NCBI GenBank assembly: GCA_050331735.1 | Contig: JBHJGN010000031.1 | Span: 1 to 64,000, forward strand | DNA from: Cyanophyceae cyanobacterium | GTDB taxonomy: Bacteria; Cyanobacteriota; Cyanobacteriia; Cyanobacteriales; JBHJGN01 | Direction of reading: 5' to 3' | Length of the DNA stretch: 64,000 bases | Part shown: piece by piece, positions 1-9,259 of the stretch | Layout of the letters: the number at the start of each line of letters is the position of its first letter | How positions within the stretch are numbered: the stretch's first letter is position 1 | Notes under the pieces: model-generated | What the model was told of the DNA's origin: nothing | What the model saw: only the letters and a program-made list of their open reading frames with translations | Database searches by the model: none | Program-made: the position numbers and the translations under genes

Positions 1-141
1 GGTTTAACTGTACCTTGCGGCAGCGAGTTTCACGGTTTGTCCGGCGCAGTTTAGCGTTCTCGAAGCCTGTGCGCAACCACATTGGCTTGCTGTGGAACTT
101 TATCCATCACTACAATGCATCATTACCTGTTTAGCACTACC
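1..141 (+). mobile_element. IS1-family insertion sequence, right end (partial)
   Basis: Frame from nt 3 reads FNCTLRQRVSRFVRRSLAFSKPVRNHIGLLWNFIHHYNASLPV*, a typical cyanobacterial IS1 InsB C-terminus. The element ends in ...TAGCACTACC (reverse complement GGTAGTGCTA..., IS1-type GGTAnTG terminus). Confidence 0.85.
3..134 (+). CDS. IS1-family transposase (InsB), C-terminal fragment
   Basis: Manual translation (not in ORF track): RFNxTLRQRxSRxVRR...FSK...NHIG..W.FIHHYN motif; stop TAG at 132-134. Confidence 0.8.
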   Translation, partial: FNCTLRQRVSRFVRRSLAFSKPVRNHIGLLWNFIHHYNASLPV

Positions 142-879
142 AACTTTTTTATCTATTACTTCATGACAATACCTAGCATCTGAACAAAGTATTTCCGCAT
201 GAGAAACCAAGTTTTGGTCCTGAAGGAACTTCATATCGGACTTCATTATTTCGATTTGTCCACAAAATGCTTCAAAGGGACTTATTAAATTCTTCTTAGG
301 TTTGTTAGGTAGGATGTACTGCCACTGTGCAGTATTAACTGAAGAAGATGGGCGGAGAATAGCAGTAATCGATAGCCAGACAAGCTCAGATGCATGACTT
401 TCATCGCGACAATCCTGCCATGCTTTTTTTAGTTTACTTAAATCCAGTAGGGATGAGGGGGAAAAGCTTCTTTTGACTAAATCTGGACAGTTTGTATCAA
501 AGTCAACACAACTTTGGGCATCATCCAAAATTTCACTCGCTTTTTCTTCAAATTCTGATATGGATGATGCCCAAAGAGTTTTTGCTTTGGCAATACGAGC
601 AACAAATGAATGAGCCTCAACGCCGACACTAACTGCCTGAAGCTTATCAGCAGCTATTAGAACAGTCCCCGAACCAGCAAAAGGATCTAGAATCACGGGC
701 GACTCATATCCCGACTTTCTGACAATTTCTTCAACCCATTCAGCAGAAAAACCAGCAGAGTAGCGAAACCATCGGTGAACAGGCAGCTTCATGTTGTCAA
801 CAAAAGTACCAGATCTACCTGATTTCTTGGGATTGCGAGTAGTTTCGTGACAAGAAAACAGCTTAAGTTGATGAGACAT
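142..879 (-). pseudogene. DNA methyltransferase (N4/N6 amino-MTase type), interrupted by IS1
   Basis: PVHRWFRYSAGFS and SAM-binding ILDPFAGSGT motifs. No SPPY/DPPY catalytic motif before the IS junction. The last 13 aa of ORF 100..879 (GSAKQVMMHCSDG) are read from the IS end. Confidence 0.8.
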
Positions 880-1426
880 GGGAAATATTTTAACATCTTA
901 GCTCAGACAGTGCTTCTGTTGGAGTGAGCTGTAGATATAGTTAGCGAAGCTTGTGACTCTGTCAGTCTATGTGTATTAGATGTCAAGAGAAACGTCATGT
1001 CACAAGCCACTTCTTGATCCTTCAGTAAGGATCTCTCGAACCAATTCTTGAAGAGACGATATGCAGGCTAACCCGAAAATAGATAGACAGTTCTAGAGCT
1101 AGCGATTCTTTTATTCCGCAAGCGGATAGACAAGCGGGGGCGCTCTTAACATCAAAACCGTGAAGTGCCGACGGACATTTTGCCAGCGATCGCTTCAATT
1201 CCCTCGCTTCCCCGTTCTGCTGAACTTGATTGATGGTAACCTGTAGACAAACAATCTTAGCAACCCTCAGCCTCATTTGGGCCTGACTCATCCTCCAGCT
1301 ACTGGAAAGAATGAGCTGAATTACCCTCTAGTAAGGACTGAGGCAAGCACTAAGGTTAAGAGGTTAATAAACAAAACAGTTATTTTCCTAAGAAGTACAG
1401 AATACGCTACTTGTTAAAGATAAACT

Positions 1427-3340
1427 ATGACAGTTGCCACCACTCGTTTTCCCATCGATCTAGAAGCTTACAAGCCCCTTGCTTTAGATCCGGCCAACCC
1501 GACACTTACAGATGAACAGAGAGAAACTTTAGAAGCGAACATTCAGCTTTGCCGCGATGTCATCGTGTTTTTTACCGCCACTGGAGCGGCTCGAGGCGTT
1601 GGCGGTCACACTGGCGGTCCCTACGATACAGTACCAGAGGTCATGATTCTTGATGCGTTCTTCCGAGGAGCGCCCGATAAGTTTGTCCCCATTTTCTTTG
1701 ATGAAGCAGGACACCGAGTCGCCACCCAGTATCTCATAGCAGTTCTTCACGGCGAGCTAGACGCAGAACGGCTGCTGCACTACCGCGAAGCGCACTACGG
1801 CTTGCCCGGACACCCCGAACTCGAACTGACCCCTGGGGTGAAGTTTAGCTCTGGACGACTCGGACACATTTGGCCCTTTATTAACGGCGTGGCGATCGCT
1901 AATCCTGATAAAGTGGTGGTTTGCTTAGGCTCGGATGGAGCACAGCAGGAAGGAAACGATGCTGAAGCCGCTCGCTTAGCCGTAGCTCAGAACCTCAACG
2001 TCAAGCTGTTTGTAGACGATAATGACGTAACCATTGCCGGACACCCTTCGGAATACCTGCCTGGTTTTAGCGTCAAAGAAACCCTCGCTGGTCACGGACT
2101 AACGGTTGATGAAGGACAAGGCGAAGATCTTGATTCCCTGTATCGCCGCATGTGTGAAGCGGTTACTAGTCCTGGTCCCATTGCCCTGATCAACAAGCGG
2201 AAAATGTGCGTTGGCATTGAAGGCTTGGAAGGAGAGGCGGAAGGACATGATGTGATTCCCTTAGATTTAGCCATTTCCTACCTAGAGTCTCGGGGACACC
2301 AGGCTGCCGTTGACCACCTCAAAGGGATCAAAAAGCCTAGCAATGACTACCAGTTCCTCGGCTCTGACGGAAGTAAAGGCTCTAACCGCAACGTCTTTGG
2401 CGATACGGTGGTTTCGGTTCTCGACGGCATGAGCGAAGCCGAACGGAAAGAAAAAGTGTTCTGCATCGATAGTGACCTCGAAGGATCCTGCGGTCTGAAG
2501 CAGATTCGTAAAGCGCATCCAGAAATTTTTGTCAAGTCTGGCATTATGGAGCGCGGCAACTTCTCCGCTGCCGCTGGCTTTGGCATGGAGCGAGGCAAGC
2601 AGGGCATTTTTGCGACGTTCAGCGCCTTTCTAGAGATGTGTATTTCCGAAATTTCGATGGCGCGGCTTAACTACTCTAACGTCCTCTGTCACTTTTCCCA
2701 TTCCGGGGTGGACGATATGGCAGACAACACCTGCCACTTCGGTCTCAACAATATGTTTGCCGACAACGGACTCGATGACGGGTACGAAACGAAGCTGTAT
2801 TTCCCTGCCGATATCAATCAGATGAAAGCCTGCGTGAAGAAGGTGTTCTTCGATTCGGGACTGCGCTTTATCTTCTCCACCCGCTCGAAGGTTCCCAATA
2901 TTCTCGACTCCAACGGTAAACTCTTCTACGGTGATGACTACACCTTTGTTCCTGGCAAAGACGAAGTGATTCGGGAAGGAACTGCTGGCTACATTATCAG
3001 CTTTGGCGATGCTCTCTATCGGGCTTTAGATGCGGTCGAACGGCTCAAGCAGAACGGTATCGACGTGGGGTTAATCAATAAATCTACGCTCAACGTTGTT
3101 GACGAAGACATGCTAGCAAAAATTGGAGCAGCGCCCTTTGTGCTAGTCGTAGAAGCGTTCAACCGCCGCACTGGGTTAGGCAGCCGCATGGGAACTTGGC
3201 TCTTAGAGCGCGGCTTGACTCCGAAATACGCTCACCTTGGTACTCACCAAGAAGGCAGCGGCGGACTGTGGGAGCAGTTCCCCCATCAGGGTATTGACCC
3301 CGAAGGCATTATGAAAAAAGTGAGAGAAATGACAGCTTAG
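1427..3340 (+). CDS. transketolase-like thiamine diphosphate-dependent enzyme
   Basis: GGHTGG, GHPE, TPP-binding SDG...QEG...N variant, GIMER and FATFSAF motifs; 637 aa. Confidence 0.8.
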   Translation: MTVATTRFPIDLEAYKPLALDPANPTLTDEQRETLEANIQLCRDVIVFFTATGAARGVGGHTGGPYDTVPEVMILDAFFRGAPDKFVPIFFDEAGHRVATQYLIAVLHGELDAERLLHYREAHYGLPGHPELELTPGVKFSSGRLGHIWPFINGVAIANPDKVVVCLGSDGAQQEGNDAEAARLAVAQNLNVKLFVDDNDVTIAGHPSEYLPGFSVKETLAGHGLTVDEGQGEDLDSLYRRMCEAVTSPGPIALINKRKMCVGIEGLEGEAEGHDVIPLDLAISYLESRGHQAAVDHLKGIKKPSNDYQFLGSDGSKGSNRNVFGDTVVSVLDGMSEAERKEKVFCIDSDLEGSCGLKQIRKAHPEIFVKSGIMERGNFSAAAGFGMERGKQGIFATFSAFLEMCISEISMARLNYSNVLCHFSHSGVDDMADNTCHFGLNNMFADNGLDDGYETKLYFPADINQMKACVKKVFFDSGLRFIFSTRSKVPNILDSNGKLFYGDDYTFVPGKDEVIREGTAGYIISFGDALYRALDAVERLKQNGIDVGLINKSTLNVVDEDMLAKIGAAPFVLVVEAFNRRTGLGSRMGTWLLERGLTPKYAHLGTHQEGSGGLWEQFPHQGIDPEGIMKKVREMTA

Positions 3341-3360
3341 AACGAGTTAGAAAGATTAGT

Positions 3361-3403
3361 AAAAGCGATCGCTGTCCTTGACTTAGGGGGCGATCGCTTT
3401 TTT
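3361..3403 (+). terminator. intrinsic terminator built from two HIP1 sites
   Basis: AAAAGCGATCGC-17 nt-GCGATCGCTTTTTT directly after the transketolase-like stop codon. Confidence 0.75.
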
Positions 3404-3576
3404 CATCAAAGTAACCAGGAAATTGCTTAAATCAGAAATTAATGCTACTTTAGATTCGAGTCATATCTTAAATTAAACCAGGATGTTGCGTTAAACAACA
3501 AACAGTTAGACTAATAACTTCGCTTCAATCGGACTTTGTGTCCAAAAAAGTTGTTGTCTTAATTTATCAAATCGCA

Positions 3577-4470
3577 ATGAATATTCCTGCTTCTTATTTA
3601 GAGAGAATTTCTGCTGTCTATCCAAATATCTCCTTTGACCATTTAGAGTTTAATCAAGATGGAATGGTTAATGATGTAATAATTATCAACCAAGAGCTTG
3701 TGTGCCGTTTTGTTAAACAAAATTGGGGTCAAAAGATTCTTGCTCGTGAAACAAAGACTCTGGAAATTGTAAGACGCTATGTAGACATACAGGTTCCCGA
3801 GCTAGAGCACCTAGATGAAAATTTCATTACCTATCGCTATATCACAGGACAACCTCTTTCTCGCAATACCTTACTAAAACTATCTAGCACTGCTCAAGAG
3901 CGTGTTATCGCTCGGCTTGCTCTGTTTCACAATCAGTTACACAGTATTCCTATTGATTGTCTCCATGAAGCTAATCTGTCTGCTTCTGATACAAACAGAA
4001 CTTCAGAAGATTGGTTGCAACTTTACGAACAAGTTCAGGAAAATCTTTTCCCTTATCTTTGGCAACATCAAAAAACCTGGATACACGAACTATTTTCGCC
4101 AATAGTGTCTGGAGAGCTAGATTTAAACTATACTCCCGTACTCATTCATGGTGACTTAGCACCCTATCACATTTTATTCGAGCCTCTATCAGAAAGCATT
4201 GCTGGTGTGATTGATTTCGGTACGTCTGGAATTGGCGACCCGGCTTGCGATCTTGCCGTCCTTATTAGTAATTATGGAGAGAGCATAGTTAAATGTATGA
4301 AAAGTAACTATCCTTTGTCTCTCGATGTGATCGATAGAGCAAGATTTTGGTCGGGAACGATTGAGCTTCAATGGGCTAATTATGCTGTAAAAAATCAAGA
4401 TATTTCTCTATCTTTGGCTCATATTGGTTTGGCTAGAGACACTCAAATTTTAGGAACAAAACTGAGTTAA
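3577..4470 (+). CDS. aminoglycoside phosphotransferase (APH) family kinase
   Basis: LIHGDLAPYHIL and VIDFG..GIGDPACDLA motifs; ATG at 3577 preferred over the upstream GTG; AT-rich. Confidence 0.8.
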   Translation: MNIPASYLERISAVYPNISFDHLEFNQDGMVNDVIIINQELVCRFVKQNWGQKILARETKTLEIVRRYVDIQVPELEHLDENFITYRYITGQPLSRNTLLKLSSTAQERVIARLALFHNQLHSIPIDCLHEANLSASDTNRTSEDWLQLYEQVQENLFPYLWQHQKTWIHELFSPIVSGELDLNYTPVLIHGDLAPYHILFEPLSESIAGVIDFGTSGIGDPACDLAVLISNYGESIVKCMKSNYPLSLDVIDRARFWSGTIELQWANYAVKNQDISLSLAHIGLARDTQILGTKLS

Positions 4471-4499
4471 CCACTGAAAAAAGCGATCGCCGTTCTGTA

Positions 4500-4604
4500 T
4501 AACCCGAGTTTGGGATAAGCTAAAACCTCGATTCTTTCGTTGTCTACACCCCTTATTCCTTCGTAAAACAGATGGCAAAATAGCCTTAACCCAAACTGAC
4601 GTTA
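4500..4604. mobile_element. MITE-like miniature element with imperfect terminal inverted repeats
   Basis: Left TAACCCGAGTTTGGGATAAG vs reverse complement of right end TAACGTCAGTTTGGGTTAAG (16/20 identical); TA at both outer ends; no ORF. Confidence 0.55.
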
Positions 4605-4635
4605 AAATAATACAACGTACTAACTTGTATTATTT
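4605..4635. promoter_or_regulatory. probable toxin-antitoxin operator palindrome
   Basis: Perfect 11-bp inverted repeat AAATAATACAA-N9-TTGTATTATTT, 30 nt upstream of the RHH antitoxin start. Confidence 0.65.
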
Positions 4636-4665
4636 ATCTTCCTGCTCAGAGGAATTGGATGCCGC

Positions 4666-4932
4666 ATGACGACAACAAGTTTTCGGTTAGATGACGATTT
4701 AGAAAGTAAATTAGACACTATTGCTCAAGAGCTACGCCGCTCGAAAAGCTGGATTATTAACGACGCATTGAGGCTCTATATTGCCCGCGAGGAGAAAAAG
4801 CAACAGATGCTTCGTGAAACCGAAGAAGCTCTCGCCGACTTAGAAGCTGGGCGCGTTGTTTCAGGTCCAGCGGTGATGAAATGGCTTGAAACCTGGGGCA
4901 CTGAGGATGAAGAAGCAGCCCCTCAGCAATGA
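4666..4932 (+). CDS. CopG/ribbon-helix-helix antitoxin
   Basis: MTTTSFRLDDDL...RRSKSWIINDALRLY RHH pattern, acidic C-terminus; overlaps the toxin by 4 nt. Confidence 0.88.
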   Translation: MTTTSFRLDDDLESKLDTIAQELRRSKSWIINDALRLYIAREEKKQQMLRETEEALADLEAGRVVSGPAVMKWLETWGTEDEEAAPQQ

Positions 4933-5213
4933 TACAAATCCAGTTTTCACAAAGTGCCGTCGCGGATCTGCAACGGCTACGGGACTTTATTGCTGCTAGC
5001 AACGAGGAAGCGGCGGCAAGGGTAGCGCTCAGAATTCGAGAATCTATTGGAACTCTAGCTCTTTTCCCTGCCAAGGGTCGCCCTGTTGAAAACATCGAAG
5101 GAGTTCGTGAGTTAGTAGCAGGCAACTATGTCGTTCGTTACCTGCATCGTGAACCTGAAGAACAAATCGTTATTTTGCGAATATGGCATGGTAAAGAGTA
5201 CCGCAACCTGTAA
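4929..5213 (+). CDS. RelE/ParE family toxin
   Basis: IQFSQSAVADLQRL, P..GR, RELV...Y, VILRIWHG motifs; 94 aa directly after the antitoxin. Confidence 0.88.
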   Translation: MIQIQFSQSAVADLQRLRDFIAASNEEAAARVALRIRESIGTLALFPAKGRPVENIEGVRELVAGNYVVRYLHREPEEQIVILRIWHGKEYRNL

Positions 5214-5312
5214 GATTATAAACGTATTACTGGCATGCTAGTAACTCAGATTATCTAAAGCTAATCTCTAGCGATAAAATCACGGATTCAATAATGGCTT
5301 CTAGTTTCCGTC

Positions 5313-7124
5313 TCAAGCCAGCGTCGCCGTTCGTCCGGCTTCCCGGTTTTTGATATCTTCTAACTTAGCATCGGGAATGGCGGCAATGAGTTGGCGCGTA
5401 TACTTTTTCTGGGGATGGTTATAGATTTCCTCCGCTGCGCCAATTTCCTCAATGCGTCCTTGGTTCATCACCATAATGCGATCGCTGACAAACTTGACCA
5501 CGCTCAGGTCGTGGGAAATGAAAATGTAGGTTAAGCCAAAATCATGCTGTAAATCCTTGAGCAGATTTAATACTTGTGCCTGTACCGAAACATCGAGGGC
5601 TGACACCGATTCATCGCAGATAATAAAGCGGGGTTCGCAGGCTAACGTGCGAGCAATACAGATGCGCTGGCGCTGTCCGCCAGAAAATTCGTGGGGCATC
5701 CGCTTCATGGCGCTGGCATCTAAATCCACCCGTTCGAGCAGCTCCACCGCTCGCTGCTGGCGTTCCCGCCCAGAACCAATTAAGTTATGAATAATCATCG
5801 GTTCCATAATGGCGGCTCCAACGGTTTGCCGCGAATCGAGAGAGCCGTAGGGATTTTGAAAAATAATCTGCATATGGCGGCGCAGACGGCGCAGTGGCTC
5901 GCTTTTGAGCTTCAGTACCTGTCGTTCTTCAAACCATACTGCCCCAGATGTCGGCTCAATCAGACGCAGCAGACAGCGACTGAGGGTAGATTTCCCGCAG
6001 CCAGATTCTCCCACTAGCCCGAGGGTTTCCCCTGGATAGACTTCAAAGCTGACATCATCAACGGCTTTGAGGAAAGACTTTTTGGCAAATAAGCCGCGCC
6101 GCACCGGAAACGCCTTAGTAAGATGACTCACTCTCAGAATCGGTGGCTGCTGGGACAGCCTTTCTCGATGCTGAACAACCTCCTGAGACGTTACTTCAGC
6201 GAGGAGGCTTTTCCGTTCTGCTTCACTATGCATCACTGGCTCTATTTCTAGCTCTCCCGCAGCGTTTTTGGTGACGCTCATAAAGTCAGCTACGGTGGGC
6301 AAGCGCTTGAGCTGACGATCCGGACGAGGACGACACTTGAGCAATCCTTCGGTGTAGGGATGCTGGGGGTGGGCAAACAGATGATAAACTTCCGCAATCT
6401 CAACCATTTCTCCTTGATACATTACCACCACGCGGTCGGCAATTTCGGCGATCACTCCCATGTCGTGGGTGATGAAGATAACAGACATTCCGCGAGCGGA
6501 CTGGAGTGCTCGCAGCAACTGTAAGATAGTCGCCTGAATGGTCACGTCGAGCGCCGTTGTCGGTTCGTCGGCAATCAGCAGCGTAGGGTTGCCAGCTAGA
6601 GCGATCGCAATCATCACCCGCTGCTGCTGTCCCCCAGAAAGCTGATGGGGATAGCGCTTCATCATCTGTTTAGGGTCTGGCAACTGTACCTCATCAAATA
6701 GAGCGATCGCCCGCCGATACGCCTCCTTGGAGGAAATCTCGTTGTGCAGCAAAATCGCCTCGACAAGCTGATCGCCGCAGGTCAATACCGGATTGAGAGA
6801 AGTCAGTGGTTCCTGAAACACCATCGCAATGTCTCCCCCGCGATACTTCCGCCGCTGTTCTGCTGAAAGCGTTAGCAGGTCCACTGGTGGTTGCTCTTTA
6901 CTTAAAGAACGAAACAAAATTTCTCCGCTGACCCGAGCCGAAGACGGCAATAGACCAATGGTAGCCAAGGAGGTGACTGATTTCCCCGAACCCGATTCGC
7001 CCACAACTCCAAGAATTTCTCCTGGCGCGATTGTGTAAGATACGTTTTTGACGGCTCTGACAACGCCAGCATCGGTGGGAAACTCGACGGAAAGATTGCG
7101 GATTTCTAAAACGGGGTCGGTCAT
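5313..7124 (-). CDS. dipeptide/oligopeptide ABC transporter ATP-binding protein (two fused NBDs)
   Basis: Two Walker A motifs (GESGSGKS, GESGCGKS) and two signature motifs (LSGGQQQR, FSGGQRQR). Confidence 0.95.
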   Translation of the reverse strand: MTDPVLEIRNLSVEFPTDAGVVRAVKNVSYTIAPGEILGVVGESGSGKSVTSLATIGLLPSSARVSGEILFRSLSKEQPPVDLLTLSAEQRRKYRGGDIAMVFQEPLTSLNPVLTCGDQLVEAILLHNEISSKEAYRRAIALFDEVQLPDPKQMMKRYPHQLSGGQQQRVMIAIALAGNPTLLIADEPTTALDVTIQATILQLLRALQSARGMSVIFITHDMGVIAEIADRVVVMYQGEMVEIAEVYHLFAHPQHPYTEGLLKCRPRPDRQLKRLPTVADFMSVTKNAAGELEIEPVMHSEAERKSLLAEVTSQEVVQHRERLSQQPPILRVSHLTKAFPVRRGLFAKKSFLKAVDDVSFEVYPGETLGLVGESGCGKSTLSRCLLRLIEPTSGAVWFEERQVLKLKSEPLRRLRRHMQIIFQNPYGSLDSRQTVGAAIMEPMIIHNLIGSGRERQQRAVELLERVDLDASAMKRMPHEFSGGQRQRICIARTLACEPRFIICDESVSALDVSVQAQVLNLLKDLQHDFGLTYIFISHDLSVVKFVSDRIMVMNQGRIEEIGAAEEIYNHPQKKYTRQLIAAIPDAKLEDIKNREAGRTATLA

Positions 7125-7201
7125 AGAGGGTATCGGGGTGAATCAGTAAAACCAAATCTAAGTTAATTTTTTTATTTCTGACAAATAAGAAACAGATGTT
7201 C

Positions 7202-7245
7202 TGTATAATTACTGACATTTCTTTCTTTTGAAATTTTGTTACTAT
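7202..7245 (+). promoter_or_regulatory. possible NtcA-type promoter for the peptide-binding protein
   Basis: TGTA-N8-GACA (one mismatch to TGTA-N8-TACA), then 23 nt, then TACTAT preceded by TGn. Confidence 0.35.
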
Positions 7246-7585
7246 CTACTCTTATACTTGGTTTCCATTACTCAAAAAATAGGCCAATTATGCCAAAATT
7301 AACAGAACCTGCTTTGGCAAATGCATTTATTTAAGTAAAGCTAAAAAAATAAACTTTGCTGTTTGCACAGGTAAAAACCGTTCAAAATATGAATTAATCG
7401 ACATAAGCAGCATGCGATTTATGAGGGGCAACAAAGCTTAATTTCTCGTCAAACAGAGCTGAAAATGAAAGTATTTCTATATTTATTTTGGTTTTGATTA
7501 ATCGAAAGCTGCCTGATTCAGCCATTATCAGCCATTACTAGTGTAAGTGCAAAAGAATACGCTTTTGTCAAAGGAGTTAGAAATT

Positions 7586-9259
7586 GTGAACATTAGTCAG
7601 CCTCTCTGGTATCGTCGCTCCTGGATCAGAAATTTTCTTCTCGCCGTCCTGGCGTTTACTCTAACGCTGCTGCTCTCCAACTGCGGTGGTGGCTCAGAGC
7701 AAGCTGCTACCACCGATACCGGAGCCGAGGAAACCTCGACAGAAACCCTCGTTTATGGTTCTGGAGGTCCGCCTGTCAGCTTAGACCCGGGAACTATTAC
7801 CGATGGCAACTCGATTGTGGTGCAGCAGCAAATTTACAATCGCTTGGTACAGTTTGAGCCAGGAACAACAGAGCTCGCGCCGTCGCTGGCCGAAGCATGG
7901 TCTTCTCCCGATGACGGAAAAACGTGGACCTTTCAGCTCCGCGAAGGAGTTCAGTTTCATGACGGCACCGACTTTAACGCGGAGGCCGTTGAGTTTAACG
8001 TGCAGCGCTGGTGGGATCCCGAGTTTGAGTATGGCTACCGCGACTCCGGCAAAACCTACAACATCTGGTCTGACCTGTTTGGCGGATTTAAAGGCACTCC
8101 CGACTCGCTGCTTCAGGAAATCACTATTGAGGACGACTACACCATCACTTTTGTGCTCAATCAGGCCTTTGCCGCCTTTCCCGACGCGATCGCCTCTGGC
8201 TATTTTGGCATTGCTAGCCCCACCGCCATCCAGGAAGCCGGAGCCGAGTATGGAACTCCCGCTGGAGGAGCCGTCGGCACAGGACCGTTTGTGTTTGAAG
8301 AATGGCAGACCGGAGAAAGCGTGACGATGAGCGCTTATGCTGACTACTGGCAGGAAGAATTACCCGAACTCGATCAGCTCGTCATTCGCTTTGTGACCGA
8401 CCCCGCTGCTCGCCTAGCGCAGCTCCGCGCTGGCACTCTCGATTTTACCGTCGATCTGGCCCCGGATCAGCTCAACGAGATCGAAAGCGACCCCAACCTA
8501 GAAGCGATTTTTCGCCCCTCCTTAAACGTCGGCTATCTCGCGCTCAACCCCAGCTACGAACCTTTGGCTTCTCCAGAAGTGCGTCAGGCGATCGCCACCG
8601 CCATCAACCGCAGCGAAATCGTTAATGCTTTTTGGGGCGAACTCGGCGAAACGGACTCCCATTTTCTGCCGCCGACCTTAGAGGAGTTTCGCTCTAAATC
8701 CGTTGAGCAGTATAAATACGACCCAGAACAGGCTAGGCAGGCTCTCGCTGAAGCGGGCTACCCCAACGGCTTTGACCTCGATCTGTGGTACATGCCCGTA
8801 TCCCGTCCTTATTTTCCTACCCCCAAGGCGATCGCCGAAGCCTTTGCCGCCGAACTCAGTGCGATCGGCATCAACGTCAACTTACAGACCAAGGACTGGG
8901 CCGCCTACCTCGAAGACCGTCGCCAACCACCGGGTTTCCAAGCCTTTATGCTGGGCTGGACCGGTGACTATGGCGATCCGGATAATTTCTATTACGCTCA
9001 CTTTGGTCCTGGAGCTACCGACGATTTGGGCAACTGGAGAAATGAAGAAGTTGTTGAGCTACTCAACCGGGGACGAGAAACCATAGACGAGTCAGAACGC
9101 CAGACTATCTACGCTCAAGTAGACGAAATTTTGGTTGATGAAGCGGTCCGCATCCCCATCGTTCATTCTCAACCCCTTCTTGCTAAACGCACTAGCGTTG
9201 AAGGTTGGACACCAAGCCCCTTTGGGTCTGAACCTTTCTCAACGATTACGAAGAGTTAA
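7586..9259 (+). CDS. peptide ABC transporter substrate-binding lipoprotein (DppA-like)
   Basis: Lipobox LLSNC; SBP family 5 motifs (PSLAEAW, FHDGTDFNAEAV, GTGPF); GTG at 7586 follows AAGGAG. Confidence 0.92.
   Translation: MNISQPLWYRRSWIRNFLLAVLAFTLTLLLSNCGGGSEQAATTDTGAEETSTETLVYGSGGPPVSLDPGTITDGNSIVVQQQIYNRLVQFEPGTTELAPSLAEAWSSPDDGKTWTFQLREGVQFHDGTDFNAEAVEFNVQRWWDPEFEYGYRDSGKTYNIWSDLFGGFKGTPDSLLQEITIEDDYTITFVLNQAFAAFPDAIASGYFGIASPTAIQEAGAEYGTPAGGAVGTGPFVFEEWQTGESVTMSAYADYWQEELPELDQLVIRFVTDPAARLAQLRAGTLDFTVDLAPDQLNEIESDPNLEAIFRPSLNVGYLALNPSYEPLASPEVRQAIATAINRSEIVNAFWGELGETDSHFLPPTLEEFRSKSVEQYKYDPEQARQALAEAGYPNGFDLDLWYMPVSRPYFPTPKAIAEAFAAELSAIGINVNLQTKDWAAYLEDRRQPPGFQAFMLGWTGDYGDPDNFYYAHFGPGATDDLGNWRNEEVVELLNRGRETIDESERQTIYAQVDEILVDEAVRIPIVHSQPLLAKRTSVEGWTPSPFGSEPFSTITKS

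Noticed and set aside
949..1007. 9-bp inverted repeat GCTTGTGAC...GTCACAAGC upstream of the MTase
   Set aside because: The 41-nt spacing and lack of a matching promoter arrangement make chance plausible.
1022..1291. 89-aa ORF between the MTase and the transketolase-like gene
   Set aside because: No recognisable motif (for example no HTH of an R-M controller protein); probably spurious.
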